This document shows, piece by piece, positions 18,463 to 28,536 of a stretch of 42,084 nt of DNA. Source of the stretch: Myxococcota bacterium (lineage in GTDB: Bacteria; Myxococcota_A; UBA796; GCA-2862545); assembly GCA_039208735.1 (NCBI GenBank), contig JBCCQY010000071.1:1-42084 (forward strand), written 5' to 3'. Each line of letters begins with the position of its first letter. The first letter of the stretch is position 1. The notes under the pieces are model-generated. The model did not search any database and was not told the origin of the DNA. It was given only the letters and a program-made list of their open reading frames with translations. The translations under genes and the position numbers were made by a program.

Positions 18463-19689
18463 CTACATGGGTTCGACGAGGGCGTCCCACAGCCGCCGAA
18501 TCGAGGGTCGCTTGCCGTAGAGCAAGGTTCCAACGCGAAACAGCTTTGCCGCCCCCCGAACCGCGATCACGATGCTGGCGAGCAACACCAGTAGCGAAGA
18601 CCCGATTTCCCACGCTGCGATGTCGTCAATGGCCACCCGTAGCATCATCGCGGGAGCGCACGTCGGAGGGAAGAACGAAAGGATCCGCGGCACAATCCCG
18701 TTGGCATTCGACAGGAAAAGGGGCGACGCGATGAGCGGAATCATGGGGAGCATGATGACCACGGCTGCAAGCTGCTGACTGTCTCGGAAGGAACTGCCAA
18801 ACGATCCCAGGCCTACGAGCATCACCCCGTAAAAGAGGAACGAAAAGACGCCGAACGCCAGCGCGAGCAGCAACCGGGGAATCGAAACCAGCGTCCACAG
18901 CGCGCTCGTGTCCACCGTGGTGGCGAGCGCGATCAACCCGATGGGCATCGTCATGATGGTCCACACGCCGATCTGGAGCAGTCCGGCGCCCACGATGCCC
19001 AGCACCTTGCCGAAGAGCAGATCGTCGGCTCTCGCCGATGACAACAAGACGTCCATCATCTTGTTCTCTTTGTCTTCGACGACGCTGGCGAGCAGCAGGC
19101 TGGCGTTCATCGCCAAGGCGAAGATGAGGCCCATGGTGGTGCCGGCGGGAATCGCGAAGGCGGCGATTTCGAGGGTTTGGTCGACCTCGATGAAGGAACC
19201 GTCTTCGCTGCGTTGGTATTGGGTGACCTCGGCGCTGCCTCGGGTCCGATCGAGAAGGTCGGGGTCAATGCCCGATTGTCGTAACAGTTGTTCATGGATA
19301 CGACGCGAGATCCGGCGAGGCTGGGTCGCGATCCACCAATCGACCTGGTCGGAGTACAGGTCGAGTTCTCCATCGCGGATGTAGTCAGGGGGCAACACGA
19401 CAAAGGCGGAAATGGCGCCCCGTTCCAACGCCTGCTCCGCCACGTTGACCGAAGGGTAGGTGCGAAACGCCTCGGTTTCACCCAGCAATCGAGCCTCATC
19501 CACCACTGCGACCGGCTTGGGTGGTCCGGTACGGCGGGCTTCCGAGGCCGACAGTGCGCCAATGCCCGTGACCAGCCCGAGGTAGCTCACGAAGAGAATC
19601 GGCATCCCGAGGGTCATCCAGACGAACGACGCCCGCAGCACCGATGCCCGAAACTCGTGCAGGGCAATCGTGAACAGCATCGAATTCAC
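18463..19689 (-). CDS. ABC-2 type transporter permease (NatB-like)
   Basis: N-terminal TM, VAVVDE periplasmic domain, VVEDKENKMMDVLLSS, LLFGKVLG, further TMs, LLYGKRP. Confidence 0.9.
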   Translation of the reverse strand: MNSMLFTIALHEFRASVLRASFVWMTLGMPILFVSYLGLVTGIGALSASEARRTGPPKPVAVVDEARLLGETEAFRTYPSVNVAEQALERGAISAFVVLPPDYIRDGELDLYSDQVDWWIATQPRRISRRIHEQLLRQSGIDPDLLDRTRGSAEVTQYQRSEDGSFIEVDQTLEIAAFAIPAGTTMGLIFALAMNASLLLASVVEDKENKMMDVLLSSARADDLLFGKVLGIVGAGLLQIGVWTIMTMPIGLIALATTVDTSALWTLVSIPRLLLALAFGVFSFLFYGVMLVGLGSFGSSFRDSQQLAAVVIMLPMIPLIASPLFLSNANGIVPRILSFFPPTCAPAMMLRVAIDDIAAWEIGSSLLVLLASIVIAVRGAAKLFRVGTLLYGKRPSIRRLWDALVEPM

Positions 19690-20627
19690 TTTGCCGCCTC
19701 CATCAGGGGCACTTCGACCGGCGCCTCACCAACGAGGCCGACAAAGATGTCTTCGAGCGGGGTCGTGGCTTCGCGCAGCATCCGCACGGGCCTTCCCTTT
19801 TGGCCCAGTTCGGCCATCAGCGTCGTGATGCTGTGGCCCGGTGAAAGGCGGAGCCAGGTGACCGCTTCGCCCGACTTGGCTTCCGCGACGGCGACAAGGT
19901 CGTGCAAAGGCGTGTCGGGGTCAACCATGACGTCCCACGGCGTGTGGGTGCGCTTGACGGCATCGACCTCACCCTCGAGCACCTTTTGGCCCTGGTGGAT
20001 CATGACGATGCGGTCACACAGGGCTTCGACCTCGGCCATTAGGTGGGTCGACAACAGGATGACCTTGCCCTCGGAACGCAAGTCCGCGACCAGGCGCCGC
20101 ACGAGTCGTACGTTCACGGGATCGAGGCCCGAGAACGGTTCGTCGAGAACGACTAAATCGGGGTCGTGAAGCAGCGAACAGGCGATCTGGACCTTCTGGC
20201 CCATGCCTTTTGACAGTTCGTTGATGCGCTTGGTCTGCCAACCCTCGAGCCCGAGGCGCGCAAGCAGGCGCTCCCCGCGCGCGAGGGCTTCGTCGCGCGT
20301 CAACCCCTTGATGGCCCCGAGGTACCAAAGCACATCGCTGACTTTCCGCCGCTGGTACAGGCCGCGCTCTTCGGGGAGGTAGCCCGTGTTCGCCTTAAAC
20401 TCCGGGGCTCGGTTGGCCTCGGCTTGGCCGTCGACCAAGATCTGCCCTTCGTCTGGACGCAGGATGTCGAGCAACATCCGGATCATCGTCGTCTTCCCTG
20501 CCCCATTGGGGCCGAGAATGCCGAGGACCTCACCCGAACGGGCCTCGAAACTGACTTGTTGGACGGCGTGGTGCATTCGGGAGCCATTCCCAAACGTTTT
20601 GGTCACGCCCTTCAGTTCGATGTGCAT
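19686..20627 (-). CDS. ABC transporter ATP-binding protein (NatA-like)
   Basis: GPNGAGKTT, LSKGMGQK signature, VVLDEPFSGLDP, LSTH. Confidence 0.93.
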   Translation of the reverse strand: MHIELKGVTKTFGNGSRMHHAVQQVSFEARSGEVLGILGPNGAGKTTMIRMLLDILRPDEGQILVDGQAEANRAPEFKANTGYLPEERGLYQRRKVSDVLWYLGAIKGLTRDEALARGERLLARLGLEGWQTKRINELSKGMGQKVQIACSLLHDPDLVVLDEPFSGLDPVNVRLVRRLVADLRSEGKVILLSTHLMAEVEALCDRIVMIHQGQKVLEGEVDAVKRTHTPWDVMVDPDTPLHDLVAVAEAKSGEAVTWLRLSPGHSITTLMAELGQKGRPVRMLREATTPLEDIFVGLVGEAPVEVPLMEAAK

Positions 20628-20897
20628 GGGTTGGTTGTACCAGAGTTCCACGCACACGGCGTCGGAAGCCTAGATACACGGTCTTGCAACGGTTGGCAGG
20701 CCCGACAAGAAGGTCTGTTTGCAAGCAGGATGCCGGCCACCGAGCCTAGGTTTTTCCCGGGTGCAGCGATTGGACCCTCGCAGAATTGCACTCGGTCGCG
20801 CAGAATCGACACCCGATAAGTGCAAGATTGCGGGTGTATCAGGTTGCCGAGTCAGGTCTAGCCTGCGAGAATCCCCCACAAGGACGGAGGGCCAGGA

Positions 20898-22022
20898 ATG
20901 GGCACCCACAATCGAATTTGGCTCGCATTGCCGATTTTGGTCGCATGCACTGGCCAGCCGCCAGCGGGAACGCAGATCGGGGCCTTGCGGGTCGAAGAAC
21001 CGCCCGAGCCGCCTTCAGACTTCAAGGAACTCGACTTGCGCGCAGCCGTCGAGCAGGCCTTCGATATTGCAGGTCGCACCACGCTTGCAACGGCGTGGGC
21101 GGGCCACCGGGCGACCATGGCCGAAGGCACCTACAACTGCCCCAACGTGTGGTTGGGGGCTCCGCCGGAACGACTGGCCAACCTCGACGTTGGTGATGAC
21201 GAGATCTTGCCGGGTCTCGCATGGGCGGATCAGTGCCAGAACCCCGGCGAGAACACGTTTCGGGGGTTCACCTACTGGGAGACCACGGTCGACATCGACA
21301 CGGGCGTGGGCGACCGTCTCCTGATTGGGGATGCCCGGGTGGTCGACGACAACGACCAGGTGTTGTTCGAGTACGATGGTGAAGCGGCCGATGGGCTGAC
21401 GGGCTCCGACTACGAGAGCGATGTCGTGGTTCGCAAGCTTTCGGGCTCGCTTGTGGGGGGAGACGTGGCGGCTGGGTTGCGGGGTCAGCTCGCAGCGGCC
21501 TGGGCGACCGACGGTGACATCGATTTGACCCTCGAAGGCGCGGTGCATCTGCAATCCGGTTTCGGGCCTGCCGATACGCGAGCCCTGGACCTGAAGGTGT
21601 CGCCCGAGCTGGCCAACCTCCCGTTCTGGGAGCCGGGCTTGCCGCGCTACACCTCGGTGCGGTTCGATCTTGAGTTCGACAACGACTGTGCCCTTGAACC
21701 GTTGGGCTACGTCGGCGTGCGCGGCAACGAAGGGTTCTGGTTCGACGTGTACTTCTTGCCCAAGTACGACCGTGAAGAGGACCCGGCGCGAGGCGGGGCG
21801 TTCCCCTTCGAAGAGATCGACAACGTCGAGTGCGATGGCATTGGCACCGCGTTCATTCGCAATCTGTCGCTGAAGCAGGCCGATGAAGAAGACCCGAATT
21901 GGTCGCGCGAGATCCAATTCGATTTCGCGGCTATTCTGGCCGCGCTCCCCAGGCCGGCCATCGAGGATTTCCTCTTCCCCCTGCAGGAGCTGCCCACCCA
22001 GGACCCCACGGAGGCCCAGTGA
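20898..22022 (+). CDS. Acidic Cys-containing lipoprotein (paralog of 22639-23676)
   Basis: Lipobox LVAC; shares motif blocks with 22639-23676. Confidence 0.75.
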   Translation: MGTHNRIWLALPILVACTGQPPAGTQIGALRVEEPPEPPSDFKELDLRAAVEQAFDIAGRTTLATAWAGHRATMAEGTYNCPNVWLGAPPERLANLDVGDDEILPGLAWADQCQNPGENTFRGFTYWETTVDIDTGVGDRLLIGDARVVDDNDQVLFEYDGEAADGLTGSDYESDVVVRKLSGSLVGGDVAAGLRGQLAAAWATDGDIDLTLEGAVHLQSGFGPADTRALDLKVSPELANLPFWEPGLPRYTSVRFDLEFDNDCALEPLGYVGVRGNEGFWFDVYFLPKYDREEDPARGGAFPFEEIDNVECDGIGTAFIRNLSLKQADEEDPNWSREIQFDFAAILAALPRPAIEDFLFPLQELPTQDPTEAQ

Positions 22023-22642
22023 TGTGGATCGCCGCGTTCCTGCTCGGTTGCAACGGCACCGACCCTTCGCCTGACGCGCCCCCACCGACCGACACGGACA
22101 CCGGCGATGACCCGGTTCTGTTGCCGATCGACACCTCCAAGTTCATCCCGCGGGACACCTCGGAGCCGGACGTCATCGACGTTCAGCCCGACGACTTCCT
22201 CTTCCTGCGGCACTTTGGGACCTGGGAGCTGTCGGGCGGTTTTATGTCGGGCAACCTGACGATTCGGGAGTACGTCAACTTCATCGACACCGCCGATACG
22301 ATCGATACGGCTCCGCTACCATGGGTGTGCAACGTCGAGTATGCACTGACCGGTGAGCGGGTCGACAACGCCACCTGCCCGACCTGCACGGACGTGTTCA
22401 ACATCCAGCACGTGGTGACGAACGGGGCCTCCCCTGCGTCCTGCCGCGAGCCCGATGCGCCTGCCGACGGAGTGGTGTGGCAGCTTGGCTACGATCGCGA
22501 TGCCGAGCGCATCTTCCACAACTACTACGGCACCGATGTGTGGGTCCCGTGGTTCACCACCACGGGCAATGGCAACACCATCGACTTTGAGTGGGAAGCC
22601 ACCCTTGCCATCGAAGTGGAAGACACGGGAGATGCCGGATGA
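22022..22642 (+). CDS. Acidic lipoprotein with CxxC
   Basis: TGATG coupling; MWIAAFLLGC lipobox; DTDTGD linker; CPTC. Confidence 0.75.
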   Translation: MWIAAFLLGCNGTDPSPDAPPPTDTDTGDDPVLLPIDTSKFIPRDTSEPDVIDVQPDDFLFLRHFGTWELSGGFMSGNLTIREYVNFIDTADTIDTAPLPWVCNVEYALTGERVDNATCPTCTDVFNIQHVVTNGASPASCREPDAPADGVVWQLGYDRDAERIFHNYYGTDVWVPWFTTTGNGNTIDFEWEATLAIEVEDTGDAG

Positions 22643-23676
22643 ACCGCCTCGCCCTGGTGCTGTTTGCGTTCGGCTGCTCGAACGGCGACGATGAGTCAGA
22701 GACGATGGACACGGGCATCACCGAGGTGGAAAACGCGTTTCCGCTGCCCGAAGACATCGACACCATCGACTGGCAGTCCGTGTTTCAAGAGGCCATCAAC
22801 CTGGTCAAGACGGTGAACACGCAGGCGGTCTGGCGGGGGCATCTGGCCACGATGCAGCGCCGTGAGGTGGGCTGCCCCGACTTTTGGACGGGGGAGTTCA
22901 CGGTCGGGGCCCAGACCGTCGGCGAAGTCGATGGCATCGCGTGGTACGACGATTGCCGGATGCAGAGCGGCCTGTACTACGACGGCTGGCTCGGCTGGTC
23001 TGCCAACGTCGTCGAGGAAGGCGACCCCGACACCTTCGAGGGTCGCACATCCGATGCCGATCGGGTGATCGAAGGCGATGCCCTGGTAGGCAATGATGAC
23101 GGGGTGTTGCTCGAGTTCGACGGTGAGGCACGCGACAGTTTCTACCGGCTCGATGCCTACGGATTTGAGCGCTTCGTCTACTCGAGCCAGGTCGATGGCA
23201 CGCTTACCGGCACGGACGTCTTTGAAGGCACCACGACGCCCGAAGGCTTCCGGACCGACCTGTTCATGACGATCAGTGGCGGCGACGTCGATTCGTTCGA
23301 GGCCCGTGGCAACGCGTACCTGTTCACGCCGCAACTCCAAGGGCGGTTCGACTCGATCCAGGTCGACATGGAGTTGGTGGGGCCGACCGGAGCGTCACCC
23401 GACGACTGCACACTCGAGCCGGTTGGGTGGATGGGGGTCCGCGATCCAGATGCGTACTGGTACGACGTGGTGTTCCTGCCGCGCTTCCGCGAAGACGTCT
23501 CCGAAGACCCCTACCAAAACGACGCGCTGTCGTCGTGCGATGGCTGTGGTCGCCTCTACATCCAGGGCATTGAACAACAGGGCATCGATGTCTGCGTCGA
23601 CTTCTCGTTCCTGTTCGATGGGGAGTTCCCGCTACCCGACGCCGATGAGTATGTCCTTCCGTTCCACGGGCTGTAG
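22639..23676 (+). CDS. Acidic Cys-containing lipoprotein (paralog of 20898-22022)
   Basis: ATGA coupling; lipobox [29 protein letters not shown]. Confidence 0.75.
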   Translation: MNRLALVLFAFGCSNGDDESETMDTGITEVENAFPLPEDIDTIDWQSVFQEAINLVKTVNTQAVWRGHLATMQRREVGCPDFWTGEFTVGAQTVGEVDGIAWYDDCRMQSGLYYDGWLGWSANVVEEGDPDTFEGRTSDADRVIEGDALVGNDDGVLLEFDGEARDSFYRLDAYGFERFVYSSQVDGTLTGTDVFEGTTTPEGFRTDLFMTISGGDVDSFEARGNAYLFTPQLQGRFDSIQVDMELVGPTGASPDDCTLEPVGWMGVRDPDAYWYDVVFLPRFREDVSEDPYQNDALSSCDGCGRLYIQGIEQQGIDVCVDFSFLFDGEFPLPDADEYVLPFHGL

Positions 23677-23774
23677 CCCCGCAGTTGCTTTCGGCGGCCA
23701 CGGAAAGTAGGAAGACAGCAGGCTTCACGCCATCATGGGCCTGGACCGCAGTGCGGCCGGGATCCGGAGGAAGC

Positions 23775-24188
23775 ATGCAACGAACCATGTTCAAGTCGAA
23801 GATCCACCGTGCGACGGTGACCCACGCCGACCTCCATTACGAGGGCAGCGTGACCATCGACCGCGACCTACTCGATGCGGCCGACATGCTCGAACACGAG
23901 TGGGTGGCCGTATGGAACGTGACCAACGGCGAACGGATCGAGACCTACACGCTCGCGGGCGAGCGCGGCAGCGGAATCATCTGCCTCAACGGAGCCGCTG
24001 CGCACCGGTTTACCCCCGGTGACCTGGTGATCATCGCCACCCGCACTCAGCTGCCCGACAAGGAAGCACGGACGTTCGAGCCCACCGTGGTGCTCGTCGA
24101 CAGCGAAAACCGCATTCGAGATTCGCGCTACGTCGAAACGCCTGGGCCAGCGGTCATTCCGCGCATGACGGGCGCCTCGCACCTGTAG
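23775..24188 (+). CDS. panD: Aspartate 1-decarboxylase
   Basis: [29 protein letters not shown] (Gly-Ser autocleavage site), [24 protein letters not shown]. Confidence 0.96.
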   Translation: MQRTMFKSKIHRATVTHADLHYEGSVTIDRDLLDAADMLEHEWVAVWNVTNGERIETYTLAGERGSGIICLNGAAAHRFTPGDLVIIATRTQLPDKEARTFEPTVVLVDSENRIRDSRYVETPGPAVIPRMTGASHL

Positions 24189-24197
24189 CGCGTCCGG

Positions 24198-24935
24198 GTG
24201 AAGGGCCTCGTCCTCCAGTCGCATCGGCTCCCGCTTCCTGCACCTTGGCTGCGGGCGTGCCTCGATTCGGTCGAGGCGTGGGCCCAAGCGCAAGGGCTCG
24301 CCTACCGCTTCATCGACGATGGGCTGTTTGACCTTGTGCCGAACGACCTGATGCAGAAGTGTGTCGAGCGGCGCGTGGTGGCCACCGATCTGGCCCGGCT
24401 CGCGTGGCTCCAGCGGAGCCTCGACGAGGGCGTAGAGGTCGTCATGTGGTGCGATGCCGATCTATTGGTCGTCGACCCCGAGCGCCTGAAGGTTCCCGAC
24501 GCGGCGTACTCGGTCGGTCGCGAAATCTGGGTCGAAAATCAGAACGGCCGACCCCGGGTGAGGCGCCACGTTCACAACGCCTGGCTCTCGTTCCGAAATG
24601 GCAATCCAATGCTGACCTTTTATCGCCATGCCGCAGAGCGGATGGTCCGCGCCCATCGCGGCCCCATGGTGCCGCAATTCATTGGTCCTAAGCTTCTGAC
24701 CGCGCTGCACAATCTCATCGGATTTCCGGTTGCGGAAACGGTCAATATGCTGTCGCCTGTCGTCCTACACGATGTTGTGGCGGGTGGAGGTCGCTTTCTG
24801 TCTGCGTACCTCGACGCCTGCCATGAAATCCCGGCTGCGGTCAACCTGTGCGGATCGCTGATCGCCTCCGAGGCGGGGAGCGACGACCTGGTTCGGCACG
24901 CAATTGATCGGATGTTGAAGACTCCGACATGGTGA
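24198..24935 (+). CDS. Putative nucleotide-diphospho-sugar transferase-like protein
   Basis: YRFIDD, ATDLARL, DxD-like motif WCDADLLV, QFIGPKLLT (GP motif of GT32-like folds). Confidence 0.55.
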   Translation: MKGLVLQSHRLPLPAPWLRACLDSVEAWAQAQGLAYRFIDDGLFDLVPNDLMQKCVERRVVATDLARLAWLQRSLDEGVEVVMWCDADLLVVDPERLKVPDAAYSVGREIWVENQNGRPRVRRHVHNAWLSFRNGNPMLTFYRHAAERMVRAHRGPMVPQFIGPKLLTALHNLIGFPVAETVNMLSPVVLHDVVAGGGRFLSAYLDACHEIPAAVNLCGSLIASEAGSDDLVRHAIDRMLKTPTW

Positions 24936-25041
24936 ATCGGGGTGCTGGTCGGACCAGCACCGTGTACAACGTCCGTGGCCGGGCCCACCCCCGGGACGGC
25001 CCCCTCGGGAGACTGCGATTCGATTCCCCCGACCAGCAGGC

Positions 25042-25785
25042 TTGTCCGCCGTCTTTCGCGTCCTCGTGATCTTGGTTCTCACGGGCTGTATACGCGTGTA
25101 TCATCCATTGACGGGGTTGCATGACCCGATCGTCGTGGACCCGAGGTACCCGAACTTCGAGGGCCTGGGCGTCACCGTCCGGTGCCTGCCCCGGGATGAT
25201 CTCAACGACCGTGCGAAAGCCAGCGAAGAAGCCAGCACCCTCTGCGACCGGGTCAGCCAGCTCTTCGAAACGCAAGGGGCGGTGGTCACCGTGTCCGACG
25301 TCGTCGACATCGATGACTTCGATGAAGAGGAAGAGGAAGAGGAAGAGGAGGCCCCTCTCGACGCCGACCTCGTGATGGAGATTCGGTCTCGGCTGGTCCA
25401 CAAACGGCAGCCCTTCTTCACGATTCCCTTCTTTCTTGCTTCCTTTACCGTGCTGCCGGTGGTCGAGGAGCGCACGTTCGCCATCGATGTGGCGGTACGC
25501 GATGGCAATGGCTTCTTGCTGCTCCAAGACAGCTACCAAGGCCGGGTGGTGTCCCGTGGCGGCATTGGGCCTTGGCTCTTCAACAAGTTGGGCGATCTGG
25601 GTCGGGCCAAAGAAGACCGGTTGACCGTGGCTGCGTCGCGCCGGCGGTTCTCTGAGGATCTGTACCGTCAGCTTTCACAGCAGCTGTTTGACGCGATGTT
25701 GCGTTGGCGGGTGGTGCGCGAAGGCAATCGGCCAGCGCCTTCGGCGGTACTGAGTCCCGTGCAGACCACGGGAGAGACCCCATGA
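25042..25785 (+). CDS. Lipoprotein; gene 1 of the motor-associated operon
   Basis: Lipobox LVLTGC; poly-Glu tract; hydrophobic hairpin FFTIPFFLASFTVLP; ATGA coupling to the next gene. Confidence 0.7.
   Translation: MSAVFRVLVILVLTGCIRVYHPLTGLHDPIVVDPRYPNFEGLGVTVRCLPRDDLNDRAKASEEASTLCDRVSQLFETQGAVVTVSDVVDIDDFDEEEEEEEEEAPLDADLVMEIRSRLVHKRQPFFTIPFFLASFTVLPVVEERTFAIDVAVRDGNGFLLLQDSYQGRVVSRGGIGPWLFNKLGDLGRAKEDRLTVAASRRRFSEDLYRQLSQQLFDAMLRWRVVREGNRPAPSAVLSPVQTTGETP
25324..25350 (+). repeat. (GAAGAG)4.5 in-frame hexamer repeat encoding Glu9
   Basis: Read directly from the sequence. Confidence 0.85.
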
Positions 25786-26417
25786 TTCCGTTGGTGGCGG
25801 CATTCCCGTTCCTCGGGTTCATCGGCAAAGATCCTGCTCCCAGCGTGTTTCGGTCGTCCAAAGCGGCCCGTGAACTCGAGTGTCAGAGGGTCAGCGGGGA
25901 GGTCGGGCGGAGTCGGACTCCGAACGAGATCAAGCCAGACCGTCCCCGTGGGTCCTATGCCGAGCGCGACGTGCTTTACTGTCGGCAGCGCATCCTTCGG
26001 GAAGGGGTGCGGCACCCTCGTGACGAAGCGGTCTTGCGAGGGCTCGAAGAGCATGCCAATGAGGTGGCCTCCCTCGTCGCGTCGATTCGGGCAGATCTTT
26101 CGGACCGCACGTGGCTCGTCGAGTCGTTCTACCCGAGTCCCGCGGTGGGAACGAAGATTGCGTTTGCCACGAAGTCCGCCTTGATGCGTCAAACCCTCAA
26201 GGTGTCGGACCGAGTGCCCCTGCTTTCGGCGACCGACATCGATATTTTCATGCGGATGCCGCCTGACCAGGCGTATCCTGCAGCATGTGAGCGCTGGCAG
26301 TCGACCGGGCAGCTCCGCGACACCGACGTGTTGCTCGCGCAGGTCATTCGAGATCTGCGGGAGACACGCTTGCACACAGGTCTGTGTTTCGACGGCCAGT
26401 GGATGTGGCTCCGATGA
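25782..26417 (+). CDS. Hypothetical exported Cys-containing protein; operon gene 2
   Basis: ATGA overlaps at both ends; hydrophobic N-terminus; four Cys; ends GLCFDGQWMWLR. Confidence 0.7.
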   Translation: MIPLVAAFPFLGFIGKDPAPSVFRSSKAARELECQRVSGEVGRSRTPNEIKPDRPRGSYAERDVLYCRQRILREGVRHPRDEAVLRGLEEHANEVASLVASIRADLSDRTWLVESFYPSPAVGTKIAFATKSALMRQTLKVSDRVPLLSATDIDIFMRMPPDQAYPAACERWQSTGQLRDTDVLLAQVIRDLRETRLHTGLCFDGQWMWLR

Positions 26418-27592
26418 TGGCATTCCTGACTGTATTGGTTGCATGGTGCGGCCTGGCGTGGGCCGGGCCGGCTGAAGAGGCCCAGCTGGCCGAACTCGAC
26501 CGGCTGCGAGGCCGTTCGGCGAACCAGGTTCATCTGGCGGCGTTCGACCTTGTGGACGAAATGATCTACGGGTGGACCCAGGAACCGGTGTTTCCAAAAC
26601 CCACTCCCGTTGTTCTGGCCTCGGTCACCGTCCCAGTGGGTCTCGGCACGGGGTTGCAGGCCCAGCTTGAAAACCACATTTCGTCGGTCTTGCTGTCGCA
26701 TCCGAGTTCAAACGTAAAGCTGGTGCATTGCCCCACCTGCACCCAAGTGCTGGTGCATTCCTCGCCCAACGCGACGGTGGTGACGCGCGGTATCGACAAT
26801 CCCGCGGTGTGGTCCGAAATCGCAACGTCCACCAACCAGCACGCGCTGTTCATCGATGTTGAGGCCGAAGGGACGTTCTTGGTCCTTCGGGCACGCCTCA
26901 CTGCGCTTGAACCCGACCTGCCCATTTTGTGGAGCCGCACGATCACCTCGTCGGCGGATTCACCCGCTTTGCTCCGTAATCCTAGGGCGCTCACCTCTGC
27001 GGCTGAGGCTCGGCAGGAATACATCAATACCCTTCGCGGACGTTCGCCGTTCGCGGTTCCGTTCCGCATGACCGTTCGCGCCTACGCGCAGCCCACCAAC
27101 CGCCAGTCGGTGCCGCCACCGCCGTTCCTCTGGGTTCAAACCGGCATCGAGGTCGGTACAAGCCAGGCGAAGGATTGGACGACCAGCTTGTTGGTTGGCG
27201 CCACGTTCATCCCGCAGGCCTACCAGGGGCTGATGGTTCAGGGGCGGTTGCAGCGGTTGATCACGGGTCGAGCCCGCTCATTGACTCGTCCCGACCTGTA
27301 CGGCTTCTTTGGGGTCTCCCTGATCAGTGTGTGGGGTCCCGCGACGGCGCCGTTCTCGAATGAACGGGTCACTGCCGATGACGTCATTCAGGCTTCGAAC
27401 CTGGCTCCTCCGCGCACGTCGTTCGGCACGTTGCAGCTCGGGGCTGACCTTCGGGTCGGCAACCGCGTGGGGGTGTCCATGTTCGGCGAATGGATTCCCT
27501 CCCTCACCAACTCTCCGAACCTGGGCAGCTTCCTGCGGCTCGGTCCGGTCAGCTTCCAAGGCTTCGGGACTGAGGTGACATTCTGGTTCTGA
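26414..27592 (+). CDS. Exported protein with N-terminal alpha/beta CxxC domain and probable C-terminal outer-membrane beta-barrel; operon gene 3
   Basis: Signal peptide ending AWA|GP; CPTC; alternating amphipathic strands; C-terminal GTEVTFWF (BAM beta-signal-like). Confidence 0.7.
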   Translation: MMAFLTVLVAWCGLAWAGPAEEAQLAELDRLRGRSANQVHLAAFDLVDEMIYGWTQEPVFPKPTPVVLASVTVPVGLGTGLQAQLENHISSVLLSHPSSNVKLVHCPTCTQVLVHSSPNATVVTRGIDNPAVWSEIATSTNQHALFIDVEAEGTFLVLRARLTALEPDLPILWSRTITSSADSPALLRNPRALTSAAEARQEYINTLRGRSPFAVPFRMTVRAYAQPTNRQSVPPPPFLWVQTGIEVGTSQAKDWTTSLLVGATFIPQAYQGLMVQGRLQRLITGRARSLTRPDLYGFFGVSLISVWGPATAPFSNERVTADDVIQASNLAPPRTSFGTLQLGADLRVGNRVGVSMFGEWIPSLTNSPNLGSFLRLGPVSFQGFGTEVTFWF

Positions 27593-27600
27593 TCTTCGCC

Positions 27601-28536
27601 ATGCTCTCGGCGGCCGTCGCGGGCCCGTCTGCGACCACCGAAGCCCTGGATCGGCTTGAGGAAGTGCTCCTCGAACGGATCGAGGAAGGTCGGTTGTCGC
27701 GGGAAGACATGGTGCCGGCCATCGTGGTTAGCACCAAGCCGATCTACGAGGAGTCGAACGGCGGTTTCCAGACTCGGGCGCTCGATTTGCTATCCCAGAC
27801 CCTGGGAGACCGGGGCCTGCGTGTCTGTGAAGCGTGCATGGCGCCCCGGACCTACGCCGAAGACGGCAACCTCGTGCTCCAGACGGGTCCCATCGGTCTA
27901 GACGAGGTGCAGCGCCTTGACGACCAGAACCGTGGCGATGCGCAGCCAGCACGGACCGCCATTTGGGTCGAAGAAACGAAGCGCGGGGTATCGGTTCGGA
28001 TCGTCGACATCGCAACGGCCCGGGTCGTCTTCGCGCAGAACATCGATCCCAATTTCATCGAGTACCGACGCACGCAAAAGCGGTATCGAATGGCCGCGGA
28101 ACTCGAACGTCGGGCACGCCAGGACAGCCTCACGCAGGCGTTTGTGGACGTGGGGCTACTCCCTGACCAGCACGTATCGCTCGACTGGACCGATCAATGG
28201 GGCAAGACCAACAGCAACCTGACCGGCATCACTTTGACGGCCTGGGACCCCCTGGTGGGTCTGGGCGTGGTGCACTACAAGCGGTTGCGATTAGGGGGGG
28301 GCCGCTTCAATCCGCTCATTGGCGGAAAGGTCGTCATCAGCCTGCCCAGCGCACTTTCTCGAGTGGTCGATTCCGGTGACTTCGATCTGACCGACACCCT
28401 TGTCAATGGGGTGGCGGTGGCTCGAATCCCACTTTGGCGCTCTAACTACGGCATTCTTGCTACGGCATCGACCAACGGTCGCGTGACCATTGGGGTGTCG
28501 CTCATGAACATCAGTCTGCTGCCGGTGATCCCATGA
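27601..28536 (+). CDS. Protein with N-terminal CxxC TolB-N/CsgG-like domain and beta-rich C-terminus; operon gene 4 (true start may lie slightly upstream)
   Basis: CEAC; VRIVDIATARVVFAQN motif; amphipathic C-terminal strands; ATGA coupling downstream. Confidence 0.65.
   Translation: MLSAAVAGPSATTEALDRLEEVLLERIEEGRLSREDMVPAIVVSTKPIYEESNGGFQTRALDLLSQTLGDRGLRVCEACMAPRTYAEDGNLVLQTGPIGLDEVQRLDDQNRGDAQPARTAIWVEETKRGVSVRIVDIATARVVFAQNIDPNFIEYRRTQKRYRMAAELERRARQDSLTQAFVDVGLLPDQHVSLDWTDQWGKTNSNLTGITLTAWDPLVGLGVVHYKRLRLGGGRFNPLIGGKVVISLPSALSRVVDSGDFDLTDTLVNGVAVARIPLWRSNYGILATASTNGRVTIGVSLMNISLLPVIP

Noticed and set aside
20786..20825. Inverted repeat TTGCACT-N26-AGTGCAA in the divergent promoter region (CIRCE or sigma54 site?)
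   Set aside because: Spacing does not fit CIRCE (N9) or the -24/-12 geometry, and a 7-bp arm alone is too weak to call.
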